DNA from: Candidatus Poribacteria bacterium
GTDB lineage: Bacteria; Poribacteria; WGA-4E; WGA-3G
Length of the DNA: 64,000 nt
Reading direction: 5' to 3'
Assembly: GCA_965214095.1 (NCBI GenBank)
Contig: OZ243938.1
Span: forward strand, 1,760,001-1,824,000
The position numbers were made by a program, and so were the translations under genes. Positions 30,206-39,468 of the stretch are shown here, one piece after another. Numbering within the stretch: the first letter of the stretch is position 1; each line of letters begins with the position of its first letter. The notes under the pieces are model-generated. The model did no database searches. It saw only the letters and a program-made list of their open reading frames with translations, and was not told where the DNA came from.

Positions 30206-31267
30206 ATGGTTATCAAGAAATCTCAACAAAATATAGACAAAATATATCTTTGCAAAGCGTTTGGAATAGTGTTCTTTCTATTTCACATCTTTGTATTGAC
30301 ACCGAGTTTTGCGAAAGAAAGTGTATTGCAGCAATTGGAAAAAGATTTTAAGAAAGTTGTAATCACCTCCCGTCCAGCAGTCGTCAAAGTAATAGCAACA
30401 CATCACACGACAGCACAATTCCCGAACAACATACACAAAATGAATGTGTCTCAGCAAAGCATCAGTTCTGGTATTATTCTTGATAAGAATGGACACATTG
30501 TAACAACAACTTTTGATTTCCTCCCCAACACAGTTGAGGTAGTCTTGAATAACAAAGAACGTGTCCCTGCTAAACTTATCGGGATGGACGACCTAACCGA
30601 TATTGTTGTGCTTAAGACAGAAAATAAAATGCCAGTTCAAGTAAAACAAGGGGATACAAAACAGATAGATACCGGTTCCTGGGTCCTCACCTTAGCAAAT
30701 TCTCGTGGCAGTCATCCTATCATCTCATTTGGCATCGTTAGCGGGATGGAAATATTACCAGATCGTCCCTGTGATGAGTTGATTAAAATCAATACACCTA
30801 TTTCTCCGGGGAATAGTGGAGGTGTCGTAGTAAATACTTCAGGGGAGATTGTCGGCATGCTTCTGGCTGTGCTTTCTGAACCTTATTTGCAAGATCCTTT
30901 TATGCCTCAATTTGCTTTTCCAGCATTCAATAGACCAGGAATTGCTTTTGCTGTCCCAATAGAAACAGTGAAATCTGTTGCAACAGAAATAATACAACAT
31001 GGTAAGGTACGTCGCGGTTGGCTTGGCGTTACAATTGAAACAAAGGATTTCGGTGTGTTTGTTACACGGGTGGATGAGAACAGTCCCGCGCATAAGAGTG
31101 GAATTTTACCGAGGGACGTTATACTTGAATTCGAGGATGAACCCGTAACAACCTATACCCAACTGTTAAGGTGCGTTGGTACCAAACGACCCAATACTGA
31201 AATCAAACTTAGAATCAATAGAAACGGGAACGAACAGAACTATACCATAAAACTTGGTGAACGGTAG
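30206..31267 (+). CDS. HtrA/DegP-like protein with PDZ domain; catalytic His not visible
   Basis: SSGIILD, TDIVVL, SPGNSGG, RGWLGV + PDZ. Confidence 0.85.
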   Translation: MVIKKSQQNIDKIYLCKAFGIVFFLFHIFVLTPSFAKESVLQQLEKDFKKVVITSRPAVVKVIATHHTTAQFPNNIHKMNVSQQSISSGIILDKNGHIVTTTFDFLPNTVEVVLNNKERVPAKLIGMDDLTDIVVLKTENKMPVQVKQGDTKQIDTGSWVLTLANSRGSHPIISFGIVSGMEILPDRPCDELIKINTPISPGNSGGVVVNTSGEIVGMLLAVLSEPYLQDPFMPQFAFPAFNRPGIAFAVPIETVKSVATEIIQHGKVRRGWLGVTIETKDFGVFVTRVDENSPAHKSGILPRDVILEFEDEPVTTYTQLLRCVGTKRPNTEIKLRINRNGNEQNYTIKLGER

Positions 31268-31279
31268 CATTAGTGTATC

Positions 31280-32365
31280 CTATTTTAACCTGTTATATTC
31301 ATCAATATACGCTTGAGCAATATCCTTATTATTCTTTATTATCAGCAAGTTTTCACTGTTCCGTATCTCAGCATTTCTTGAGAAATTATAGGAACCAGTG
31401 ATGACCGTCTCCTCATCAATAATTATCACCTTGTGATGCATCGTCCCCGATGTTTCATCTATTTTTACATCCATTTCTGACTCTTGCATGAGATGATATT
31501 CGGAATATCTTGAAATCTGATTCTCATCAAACACACCACCTACTTTAATGCCGTTCTCATGTTGATCACGCATCGCCATCCCGATTTTATCGTGTGTAAA
31601 TGAAAATACCATGAAATTGATGGATTTTTGAGCAGAATTTAATTCATGCAATAGAGGTGGGATTGTCTGAGATCCTGGAGAGAAATATGTAAATATCTGT
31701 GTGCCATCACTCAGAGTTACTTGTGGATTTGGAATCTGCTCTTGAGGGAGTCTCTCTTCACCGCGTGATGAATAGATTACCTGAAATTCCTTTGTGAAGT
31801 TTTCTGCAAGTGGCACAGAATCAATCCACACTACGTTATTATCGTTCTTAAACGCGCCGTTGTAAGTCGTATTATAAGAACCTGTCCAGACATATCTTTG
31901 GTCAATAACGATGAATTTGTGGTGCATATAACCATCATTATCACCATCATCATGAACTGGGATCCCTTCTCTAAGTAACCTTTGTATTTCTTCCTCTTCT
32001 GCATGACTATTTTCTGTGAATACTCTAACTTTCACTTCTCTGTTGTGCACATTGATTAATGCTGTTGCAATTGACTTAGAGTCTAAATCATAGAGTGCAG
32101 CATCCACAACCGAAGTTGCAGAAGCAAGTTTGTTGACAAGTCGCTTCTCTAAGTTAGGTCCACTGACAGCACCGTTGACTTCGCTGAAATATACTTCGAA
32201 CCCACTACTTGGTTCCGGAAGTATTTCTTTTGAACCTATGAAGTGCCTGATAGTAAAACCGATTGCAACTGCAATTACTATAATGAGAAAAAACGGCACG
32301 AAACGTGCGTTTCGACTTTTAGGTGCTGCTGGATTGTTTTCTATCGTGTCATTGTCCATTATCAT
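31280..32365 (-). CDS. phospholipase D/nuclease-like protein with two HKD motifs
   Basis: MHHKFIVID..TGSYN and MHHKVIIID..TGSYN; N-terminal TM. Confidence 0.9.
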   Translation of the reverse strand: MIMDNDTIENNPAAPKSRNARFVPFFLIIVIAVAIGFTIRHFIGSKEILPEPSSGFEVYFSEVNGAVSGPNLEKRLVNKLASATSVVDAALYDLDSKSIATALINVHNREVKVRVFTENSHAEEEEIQRLLREGIPVHDDGDNDGYMHHKFIVIDQRYVWTGSYNTTYNGAFKNDNNVVWIDSVPLAENFTKEFQVIYSSRGEERLPQEQIPNPQVTLSDGTQIFTYFSPGSQTIPPLLHELNSAQKSINFMVFSFTHDKIGMAMRDQHENGIKVGGVFDENQISRYSEYHLMQESEMDVKIDETSGTMHHKVIIIDEETVITGSYNFSRNAEIRNSENLLIIKNNKDIAQAYIDEYNRLK

Positions 32366-33256
32366 TTAGACTCCCCACCTCTGTCTTGACTCTTCCAACG
32401 ACTCAATTTCCGCATCCTTCTGCTTCCAAGCATAATGTCCTTTCGGTTTTTCGCCTATCCATCGCTCATCAATTGCTTCTGATGCGAGCTGATAACGTGT
32501 ATCTGCAGTGATACGAATTTTGTTAGAGGTGTTGACAAGGGAGGCATGCATCAGAAACATACTGAATATGATGACATCACCTGCAGAAAATGCAGTTGTA
32601 GCCCAATGCCCTCCGAACTTTTCAACTACCTCAATTGGTTTTTCACTAAAATGCCCTTGTATCAGATCACGATCCACATCCGACTGTCCATAAGTTTGTC
32701 GCACTTTATCAAATCTATTTGAACCGATACAGAAAACAATGGGACCCATATCCAGTGAGACATCTCCGAAAGGAGTCCAGCAGGAATATAGTTTTTGCGT
32801 GCCACGACCCATAAAGACAATATCATAATGAATTGGTGAACCGGAACCTGGACCCGCTGTGCGTAGCCATTTGAAATCATAAGTCCGCGCCTCACCACCG
32901 AGAAAATGCTTGAAAAAGTTCATTATAGGTTGACCTTCAACGACGGCTTTAAATTCGGGGAGTTGTGTCAACTCTATATTCCCCATTGAACCTGTGGACG
33001 TAGGTTCAGGATAATCTGGGTTGAAGATACCATCCATCAAAGGTGTATTGGGGGAGAGCATGTCTTTTTCTGTCAAATTTTCAAGAATCTGGCGGCGCGC
33101 AGCTAATACTGTTTCCTTATCATGTAACCCGCGAATCAACAAATATCCATCTTCTTCCATACGTTCTTGAAGCGCATCTGGATCGTCTAATATATCATTA
33201 CTCTCTCGTAGATCTGTGCTAACCTCAACTTCTTGGTGTAAAAAGGGAAGTATCAT
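32366..33256 (-). CDS. phytanoyl-CoA dioxygenase (PhyH) family Fe/2OG oxygenase
   Basis: EDGYLLIRG, HYD...H triad, AGDVIIF, R.TADTRY. Confidence 0.88.
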   Translation of the reverse strand: MILPFLHQEVEVSTDLRESNDILDDPDALQERMEEDGYLLIRGLHDKETVLAARRQILENLTEKDMLSPNTPLMDGIFNPDYPEPTSTGSMGNIELTQLPEFKAVVEGQPIMNFFKHFLGGEARTYDFKWLRTAGPGSGSPIHYDIVFMGRGTQKLYSCWTPFGDVSLDMGPIVFCIGSNRFDKVRQTYGQSDVDRDLIQGHFSEKPIEVVEKFGGHWATTAFSAGDVIIFSMFLMHASLVNTSNKIRITADTRYQLASEAIDERWIGEKPKGHYAWKQKDAEIESLEESRQRWGV

Positions 33257-33442
33257 CTATATTCCTCGATTTGATAGTGTCATGTTATTCATTCATATTC
33301 ATGATAGTACCATTTCTGAATGATTGCGTATCATTCTAATATATTTATCTGTAAAAATCAATGTTTAAAAATAAAATGCGGGTATATCAATACACCCGCA
33401 TTAGGTTAGTAAATTGCTGTTACTCAACCTTTGAATACTATG

Positions 33443-34204
33443 CTATGATCTTCTCTTTAACGATGCCCAACGTAACGTTAGAGATTTATATTGAGAAGAG
33501 ATATTTTGACTATTATGTTGATTTTCTGAAGGGTGCAGTACTTCATGTCCATTCAAAAACCTACCATAAGGATAATTGTCTTCCTCATCATTTTGATCAT
33601 TTGAAAACCATTCTGGATGTTGATTATCTATATAGACATGAGAATGTTGACCATTATGGGTGTGCCATCCAAAATCACCATGTTTGTGTTCCCATTCATG
33701 CGTATGACTGACAACACTGACACCGTCAATATATTGTCCGATGTATTGAAGCGTATAGACACCACTCTCAACAGAATGATCCATGGCTTGATCGTCTAAT
33801 CTTCCAAGAATCTCTGATGCTATCTGGGAATCAGAAATTCTGGCATAAAGAACAACGTGCTTATGGCTACTACCATCATGTGTATGAACTTCACCACTGA
33901 CAAAATGAAGGTTTAGCGGACACGTTACCCAATCTTTTTTGGCTTCATTATGTTCGTGATTGTTCCACAATTCTATCTCATTATGGACAACTTCATTTGG
34001 AAGTGAATTGTCAATTGCATGTCGATGCTGCTTACCATCTGATGTATGTTGATGGAAAGGTGTTAAGTACACCTCATTGTTGCCATCATAGGTCTGGTTG
34101 TGGTTATCATGAGCATTGGAATCGATTGATACTATACAGGTAACTGTTAACACCAAAATGCAGGCTGTGAGGTATTTCGCTTTGGCAAAAAGTATGTTTT
34201 TCAT
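33443..34204 (-). CDS. secreted His-rich protein with LTLRWASLK tail
   Basis: RBS GGAG, signal peptide, repeated HxH..G..HxH units. Confidence 0.75.
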   Translation of the reverse strand: MKNILFAKAKYLTACILVLTVTCIVSIDSNAHDNHNQTYDGNNEVYLTPFHQHTSDGKQHRHAIDNSLPNEVVHNEIELWNNHEHNEAKKDWVTCPLNLHFVSGEVHTHDGSSHKHVVLYARISDSQIASEILGRLDDQAMDHSVESGVYTLQYIGQYIDGVSVVSHTHEWEHKHGDFGWHTHNGQHSHVYIDNQHPEWFSNDQNDEEDNYPYGRFLNGHEVLHPSENQHNSQNISSQYKSLTLRWASLKRRS

Positions 34205-34354
34205 TTTAATTCTCCAAATTTCTTAGGCATTATATGTTAGAGAACAGTTAAACTATTTAAAATTCTATTCTCTAAAGACATATTTCATATTTGGTCGTAT
34301 TAAACATACTAATATACTATATAGTTTACATCCTAATATTAATTTATTGCAAAT

Positions 34355-34457
34355 TATAGTAGATTTTGAAATTACTTGAACACTCTGCATCGGCGAGGTT
34401 AGGAAACCTCGCCTACCGTGGGTCGAAAGTGTCAACTTATATTTATAATTCACTATA
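34355..34457 (+). repeat. 103-bp TATAGT-shell/REP core A element
   Basis: One visible mismatch to the 28621 copy. Confidence 0.92.
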
Positions 34458-34516
34458 AGAAAATAAAGTGACCTTTTTGTTCTATGAAATCAAAATCATA
34501 TCCTCATGTATGTCAG

Positions 34517-35887
34517 TTAGAAAAACGTTAAATAAGGTTTTTCCTCAATCTCTCGTAATAACAATAGTGCAAGTTCACGGGCATGATAATCACCCCACAT
34601 GGATGCTTCTCCACAGGGAATCTTCCTGCCTTCTGGAACGTAATCCCATCCATTCGGACGATGGTATACTGAGTGTAGCAGTAATCCTTGGTGCGTATCG
34701 GAAGTGGAGAGATACGGCTCAGCAAACAGTGTATTGACAACCGTCAATCCTGCTTGATAATATGTGTTACCTGCCTCTGTATTGCCATGCTTCTTATGAT
34801 AATTTCCAAGTCGGATAAGTCCTTGTGCTGCAATTGCAGCGGCAGAACTATCCACCGGTTCATAATCGTTATATGGATCAGCAGGGGCAGCCAGATAATC
34901 GCCAAGTTCTGCTAAACCGGGGGCACCTGTATCCCAATAAGGTATGCCATCTTCTGCCGTGTTTTCAATATAGAAATCAGCAGTTGCTTCTGCTGCTTTT
35001 CGCATGTGTGCTGTTGCTTCAGCATAACCACCATAAGGTTCAAGATCTGTTTCTGACAGTGTATCAAAAAACTCAAGTTGTTCTGCATAACCTGTGATAA
35101 TCCATGCCAACCCTCGCGTCCAAGTTGTAAAAGGTGAGTAGCCTTGTTGCGTACTTGGACAACGGAAGTTTCCATCATTCGTATTGAAGATTGACTCATG
35201 CACAACACGTCCCCGTATGTCATAGGCATCGCGACTTTCACCATAATAGACATTATACTTTGCTGTTGTCTGTGAATGCTGAACGAGCCTATCCAACAGA
35301 TTGAAAGCGACATCACCTTCACCCATTAGCACAGCACCGAGTGTGTGACCGACTGCTAAAACACGCAGTGAACGGATGGTATCAGAGAAAAGTGAATGTG
35401 GTCCATTGAAAGATGCAATATATCCTGTTCCATCTTTTATTTCTGTCCAACGACTGGCTTGCACGGCTGCGGATGCTTTCAATGCGATTTCATAGAAATG
35501 CATTTCATTGTCGTCCCACGGAATAACCTTTTCACGCATCAATCTGCGAAGGTTGCCGTAAGTGGAGACATTGTTAAACCCGTGGTCATGCACACCGATA
35601 TGCGTGACATGTGGTGCCATCTTCTCAATCGTGTTCTTTCTGCCGATGTCAAGGAATTGCTCATCACCGGTAGCATCAAATTGTAGAATAGCCGAACCGA
35701 ACTGGAAACCTTGTGTCCACTCAGTCCATCCCCGAGTGGTATATTGTCCAGCAACTGTAAAGACAGGTGTGCCATTTTCTGGTTGCCAAGTGTTTTCAAT
35801 AGCCAGTATTTTTTGACCTGAGAGTTCAAAAAGGCTTTCTATCTGTGGTTTTAAGTCCTGAATTTGTAATGAATGATTTATCTGCAT
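34517..35887 (-). CDS. glycoside hydrolase family 88-like (unsaturated glucuronyl hydrolase)
   Basis: WTQGF, HDHGF, QGY..TWTRGLAW, PYWD, DSSAAAIAA, WGDY. Confidence 0.85.
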   Translation of the reverse strand: MQINHSLQIQDLKPQIESLFELSGQKILAIENTWQPENGTPVFTVAGQYTTRGWTEWTQGFQFGSAILQFDATGDEQFLDIGRKNTIEKMAPHVTHIGVHDHGFNNVSTYGNLRRLMREKVIPWDDNEMHFYEIALKASAAVQASRWTEIKDGTGYIASFNGPHSLFSDTIRSLRVLAVGHTLGAVLMGEGDVAFNLLDRLVQHSQTTAKYNVYYGESRDAYDIRGRVVHESIFNTNDGNFRCPSTQQGYSPFTTWTRGLAWIITGYAEQLEFFDTLSETDLEPYGGYAEATAHMRKAAEATADFYIENTAEDGIPYWDTGAPGLAELGDYLAAPADPYNDYEPVDSSAAAIAAQGLIRLGNYHKKHGNTEAGNTYYQAGLTVVNTLFAEPYLSTSDTHQGLLLHSVYHRPNGWDYVPEGRKIPCGEASMWGDYHARELALLLLREIEEKPYLTFF

Positions 35888-35936
35888 GTGTCCTCGATTC
35901 TGTGTATAAAGAGTTTATTATCGTAATAATAGCGTG

Positions 35937-36425
35937 TCAAGAGCTCCCATAACGTTCACATATAACTTCAATGAGATTCGTTGTGGATTTGCCCGGTACG
36001 TTGAGTCCAACGACAACTTTGCCTCCATTTTTCTCAACGATATCTCTTTCAATGAGTTGTTCCAACTTATAGTCGCCACCTTTGACATGGATATTCGGTT
36101 TGAGTTCTGCAAGTAATTCAACCGGTGTTAATTCTGAGAAGATGACGACAAAATCAACGCATCCTAAGCCTGCAAGCATTTCTGCGCGTTCAACATCAGG
36201 AATTAGAGGACGGTTTTCACCTTTTAGTTCTCTGACAGAACTATCACTGTTGACTGCAACTACAAGCACGTCCCCTTGTTGACGTGCGGCTTGTAGATAG
36301 CGTAAATGTCCTAAATGCAGAACATCAAAGCAACCGTTCGTGGTGACGACAACTTTACCGTCTGCTCTGAGTTGTTGGAGTATTGCTGCAAGTTCGTTGC
36401 GTTGATATATCTTGTTTGGTGTCAT
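35937..36425 (-). CDS. rfaE2: D-glycero-beta-D-manno-heptose 1-phosphate adenylyltransferase
   Basis: TNGCFDVLHLGH, NSDSSVRELKG..RP, VKGGDY, STT. Confidence 0.92.
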   Translation of the reverse strand: MTPNKIYQRNELAAILQQLRADGKVVVTTNGCFDVLHLGHLRYLQAARQQGDVLVVAVNSDSSVRELKGENRPLIPDVERAEMLAGLGCVDFVVIFSELTPVELLAELKPNIHVKGGDYKLEQLIERDIVEKNGGKVVVGLNVPGKSTTNLIEVICERYGSS

Positions 36426-36552
36426 AATTTTAAAAGTTTATCACGCTTTGTATCGTTTGGCAACTTGGTTTTTGTTTATACATTATTGCACAATCTCACT
36501 GCATTTGCTATAATAATTGGTAATGCAAGAGACAATAATCACATTGAGAAAA

Positions 36553-36669
36553 TAATACCATTTCTATAAATGTTTATCCCATTAACATTTGTTAAGAATG
36601 TCTTGAAGGACTGCACAAACTGGCAGTTTATGCTACAAGAATGCGGCGTTTTCTATTAGAAATGGTATA
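36553..36669. repeat. ATACCATTTCT...AGAAATGGTAT shell with REP core G
   Basis: Inverted arms; hairpin GCACAAACTGGCAGTTTATGC + TAC at 36613-36636; abuts the RBS of the next gene. Confidence 0.75.
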
Positions 36670-36680
36670 AGGAGAAATAG

Positions 36681-37841
36681 ATGGATGACAAAAGAGGTAC
36701 AGCACATCCCTCCCTGTCCATAAGCACGTTGGGTGCGTCTGGACATGGTAAAACAACGTTGACAGCTGCTATTGCGAGAGTCGTTGCGAAAATCGGTTCT
36801 ATTCTTTCTAAAGTTGACACGCCATTTGATCAACTGATACCCAATCACCATCCTATACGAGAAGGGGTAAGCATTACCTATCGTTCAATAGATTACGAAA
36901 CCAGTGGAAAACACTATACACAGATTGACTGCGAAACACACTTGGATATTGTTAAGATGTTAGTCACTCGTTCATTTGCCGTTCAGGGGGCAATTTGGGT
37001 GGTTGATGCTGTTGATGGTGTTACAGAGGAATCCGCAGAACATATACACATTGCAAATAGATTAAATATACCTACGGTTGTCTCCTTTCTCAATACACGG
37101 AATTCTGCAATTGATGATGAACTTATAGATATTTGCAAACAAGAGATGCGCGAATTACTTACCGAAAATGGATGGGATGAAGTGAACAATCCTATCATCG
37201 TTGGTGATGCAAATAAGGCGTTAAAATACAAAGGTGATCGGATAGACTCTCAGCAATGGAAACCGATTGTTGATTTGATATTTGCCATGAATCGGTGTAT
37301 GCCAAAACCCATCAATATGGATAGCCTTCCCCCAATTATGCCGATCTATGAGATTGTTGAGGAGCAGAAAGAACGCGTAACTATAAAGGGTGAACTAGTT
37401 CAAGGACACCTTGCTGTCGGACATGCTGTAGATATTGTCGGTAAAGGTGATAGAATCAAGACAAAGTGTCTTAGCATAAGAGAGGATGAAGTTTGTGTTG
37501 AATCAGAACCTGATTGGTTGTCTGTTGGACAGGTGCTGTGTCATCCGAAAACAATAAAAGCACATTCTGATTTTACTGCCCTCGTGTATCTTCTGACACA
37601 AGAAGAAAGCGGTACGCATATCCCGCTGATTGAAAATGACAAACCTGAGATACGTCTATGGGGTGTTGATATATCAGCGCGCCTACATCTTCCTACAGAT
37701 ATATCAATCGTCTCTCCAGGTGAGAATGCTCATGTTTCGTTTACGCTTGAACTACCTCTTGCAATGGAGATAGGGACGACTTTTGAAATAAAGAAGATGG
37801 GATCGCGGATAGGACTCGGTGTTGTTACGTCGGTAGATTAG
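36681..37841 (+). CDS. highly divergent elongation factor Tu paralogue
   Basis: Colinear with all three EF-Tu domains (HGKTTLTAAI, YETSGKHYTQIDC, MRELL, GQVL, VYLLTQEESG, PGEN, PLAME) with degenerate G motifs; RBS AAGGAG. Confidence 0.85.
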   Translation: MDDKRGTAHPSLSISTLGASGHGKTTLTAAIARVVAKIGSILSKVDTPFDQLIPNHHPIREGVSITYRSIDYETSGKHYTQIDCETHLDIVKMLVTRSFAVQGAIWVVDAVDGVTEESAEHIHIANRLNIPTVVSFLNTRNSAIDDELIDICKQEMRELLTENGWDEVNNPIIVGDANKALKYKGDRIDSQQWKPIVDLIFAMNRCMPKPINMDSLPPIMPIYEIVEEQKERVTIKGELVQGHLAVGHAVDIVGKGDRIKTKCLSIREDEVCVESEPDWLSVGQVLCHPKTIKAHSDFTALVYLLTQEESGTHIPLIENDKPEIRLWGVDISARLHLPTDISIVSPGENAHVSFTLELPLAMEIGTTFEIKKMGSRIGLGVVTSVD

Positions 37842-37845
37842 ATTT

Positions 37846-38553
37846 CTACTGTGCAGCGGTGATGGTATCAGATAGAATTAGGTCGCCTGTGTACAGTGCG
37901 CGTCCAATAATCGCACCATAAGCATCAATGCTCTTTAGTGCTTCAATGTCTGATAGTGATGTAACACCACCCGATGCAATCACATCGGCAGAAACAGCGT
38001 TGATTATATCCGCAGTTGCGTTGACATTAGGTCCCTTGAGCATGCCATCGCTTTTGATGTCTGTATAAATGATAGTTTGTACTTCTGTCATCTCCATAGC
38101 AAATTCTACTGCAGATTTCTGAGAAACTTCTAACCATCCGTGCGTAGCGACCATACCGTCCTTTGCGTCAATGCCAACTGCAATTCGTTCACCATGCTTT
38201 TCACAAGCCTGTTTCACTAAATTCGGTTGTTTGAGTGCAGCAGTGCCTAATATTGCCCGATGCACACCTAATGCTAACACGGTATCTATATGTTCCATAC
38301 TACGGATGCCACCACCAAGTTGAGTTGGAATATCAAGGGTATCAACGATTTCACGGACAATATGAAGGTTTGCTGATTCGCCTTGAAATGCCCCATCTAA
38401 ATCAACAAGATGTAGGTATTCTGCCCCCTCTGCTTGCCACTGTTTTGCCATCTCAACTGGAGAATCAGAGAATACAGTTTCCTGTTCTGCTATCCCCTGG
38501 ATGAGATTTACACATTTTCCACCACGTAGATCTATAGCTGGTAATATCTGCAA
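37846..38553 (-). CDS. hisA: ProFAR isomerase
   Basis: PAIDLRGGKCV, LHLVDLDGA, LGGGIR, YTDIKSDGML.GPN, IASGGV. Confidence 0.95.
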   Translation of the reverse strand: MQILPAIDLRGGKCVNLIQGIAEQETVFSDSPVEMAKQWQAEGAEYLHLVDLDGAFQGESANLHIVREIVDTLDIPTQLGGGIRSMEHIDTVLALGVHRAILGTAALKQPNLVKQACEKHGERIAVGIDAKDGMVATHGWLEVSQKSAVEFAMEMTEVQTIIYTDIKSDGMLKGPNVNATADIINAVSADVIASGGVTSLSDIEALKSIDAYGAIIGRALYTGDLILSDTITAAQ

Positions 38554-38568
38554 TGTTCTTCCTTTCTG

Positions 38569-39468
38569 TTACTCTTCACGGAATATTCCGAGTAATTTCA
38601 ATTGTGCTATTGAGATAATAGCAATGATGATAAACAACACCCATCCGATTGTGGCAGCATATCCAAGACGCATAAATTGAAATCCGTTCTTATAGAGATA
38701 CATCACGATAGTTGTGCCGGCATCAGCAGGTTCACCGCCATTTGTCAATATGAATGGCAGATCAAAGAGCTGAAATGAACCGATCATTGATACGACGACA
38801 ACGAAAGCAATTACTGGTCGTAAAGAGGGTAGTGTGATATGTATAAAGGACTGCCACCAATTTGCGCCATCAACTGCTGCGGCTTCATACAATTCTTGTC
38901 GAATACCTTGTAGACCTGCCAAAAAGAAAATCATGTTAAAACCTGCCCACTGCCACACACCTGTTAGTATGACAGCAAGCATCACATATCTTGGGTTGCT
39001 AAGCCAACCGATTTCTTTGCCAAACAACAGGAATTCATTGTTAATCAATCCAGCGCGTTGATCGTATATTAGATTGAATATGATTGCGACAAAAACTCCT
39101 GCGACAAGTACGGGTGTAAAGAATGCAAGTCGTAAGAAGTTCTTTCCCTTCACGAACTTTGCATTGAGAAGTATTGCAAGGAACAGAGCAATTGGTAATT
39201 GTAATAGTAATGTTCCAAGTGCGAAATAGGTTGTATTCAGCAGGGATTTCCAGAAGATAGGATCTTGAAATAGATCTGTAAAGTTTTCAAACCCAACGAA
39301 TATTCTACTTTTGAATCCACGCATCTCATAGAATCCCATGACGAGAGATGAGACGAGCGGATACACCATAAAAATAGCAAATAAGAGAAAAAACGGTGCT
39401 ATAAATAGATACGGTGCGAATTTCTGTTGTTGATTCCAAAAGGTATATCTATCCCGTTTAGTTTTCAT
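38569..39468 (-). CDS. carbohydrate ABC transporter permease
   Basis: EAA motif ELYEAAAVDGA, multiple TMs. Confidence 0.92.
   Translation of the reverse strand: MKTKRDRYTFWNQQQKFAPYLFIAPFFLLFAIFMVYPLVSSLVMGFYEMRGFKSRIFVGFENFTDLFQDPIFWKSLLNTTYFALGTLLLQLPIALFLAILLNAKFVKGKNFLRLAFFTPVLVAGVFVAIIFNLIYDQRAGLINNEFLLFGKEIGWLSNPRYVMLAVILTGVWQWAGFNMIFFLAGLQGIRQELYEAAAVDGANWWQSFIHITLPSLRPVIAFVVVVSMIGSFQLFDLPFILTNGGEPADAGTTIVMYLYKNGFQFMRLGYAATIGWVLFIIIAIISIAQLKLLGIFREE

Noticed and set aside
34265-34453. Short ORFs and N-terminal extensions reading through repeat elements (also 18162-18257, 24428-24499, 28606-28755, 40894-41148, 44208-44510, 50300-50587)
   Set aside because: They translate the palindromic elements (the same NYKYKLTLS..GRRGFLTSP peptide recurs); better-supported starts lie downstream.
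36681-37841. Calling this gene tuf or selB
   Set aside because: G motifs are too degenerate for a working EF-Tu and there is no SelB C-terminal extension.
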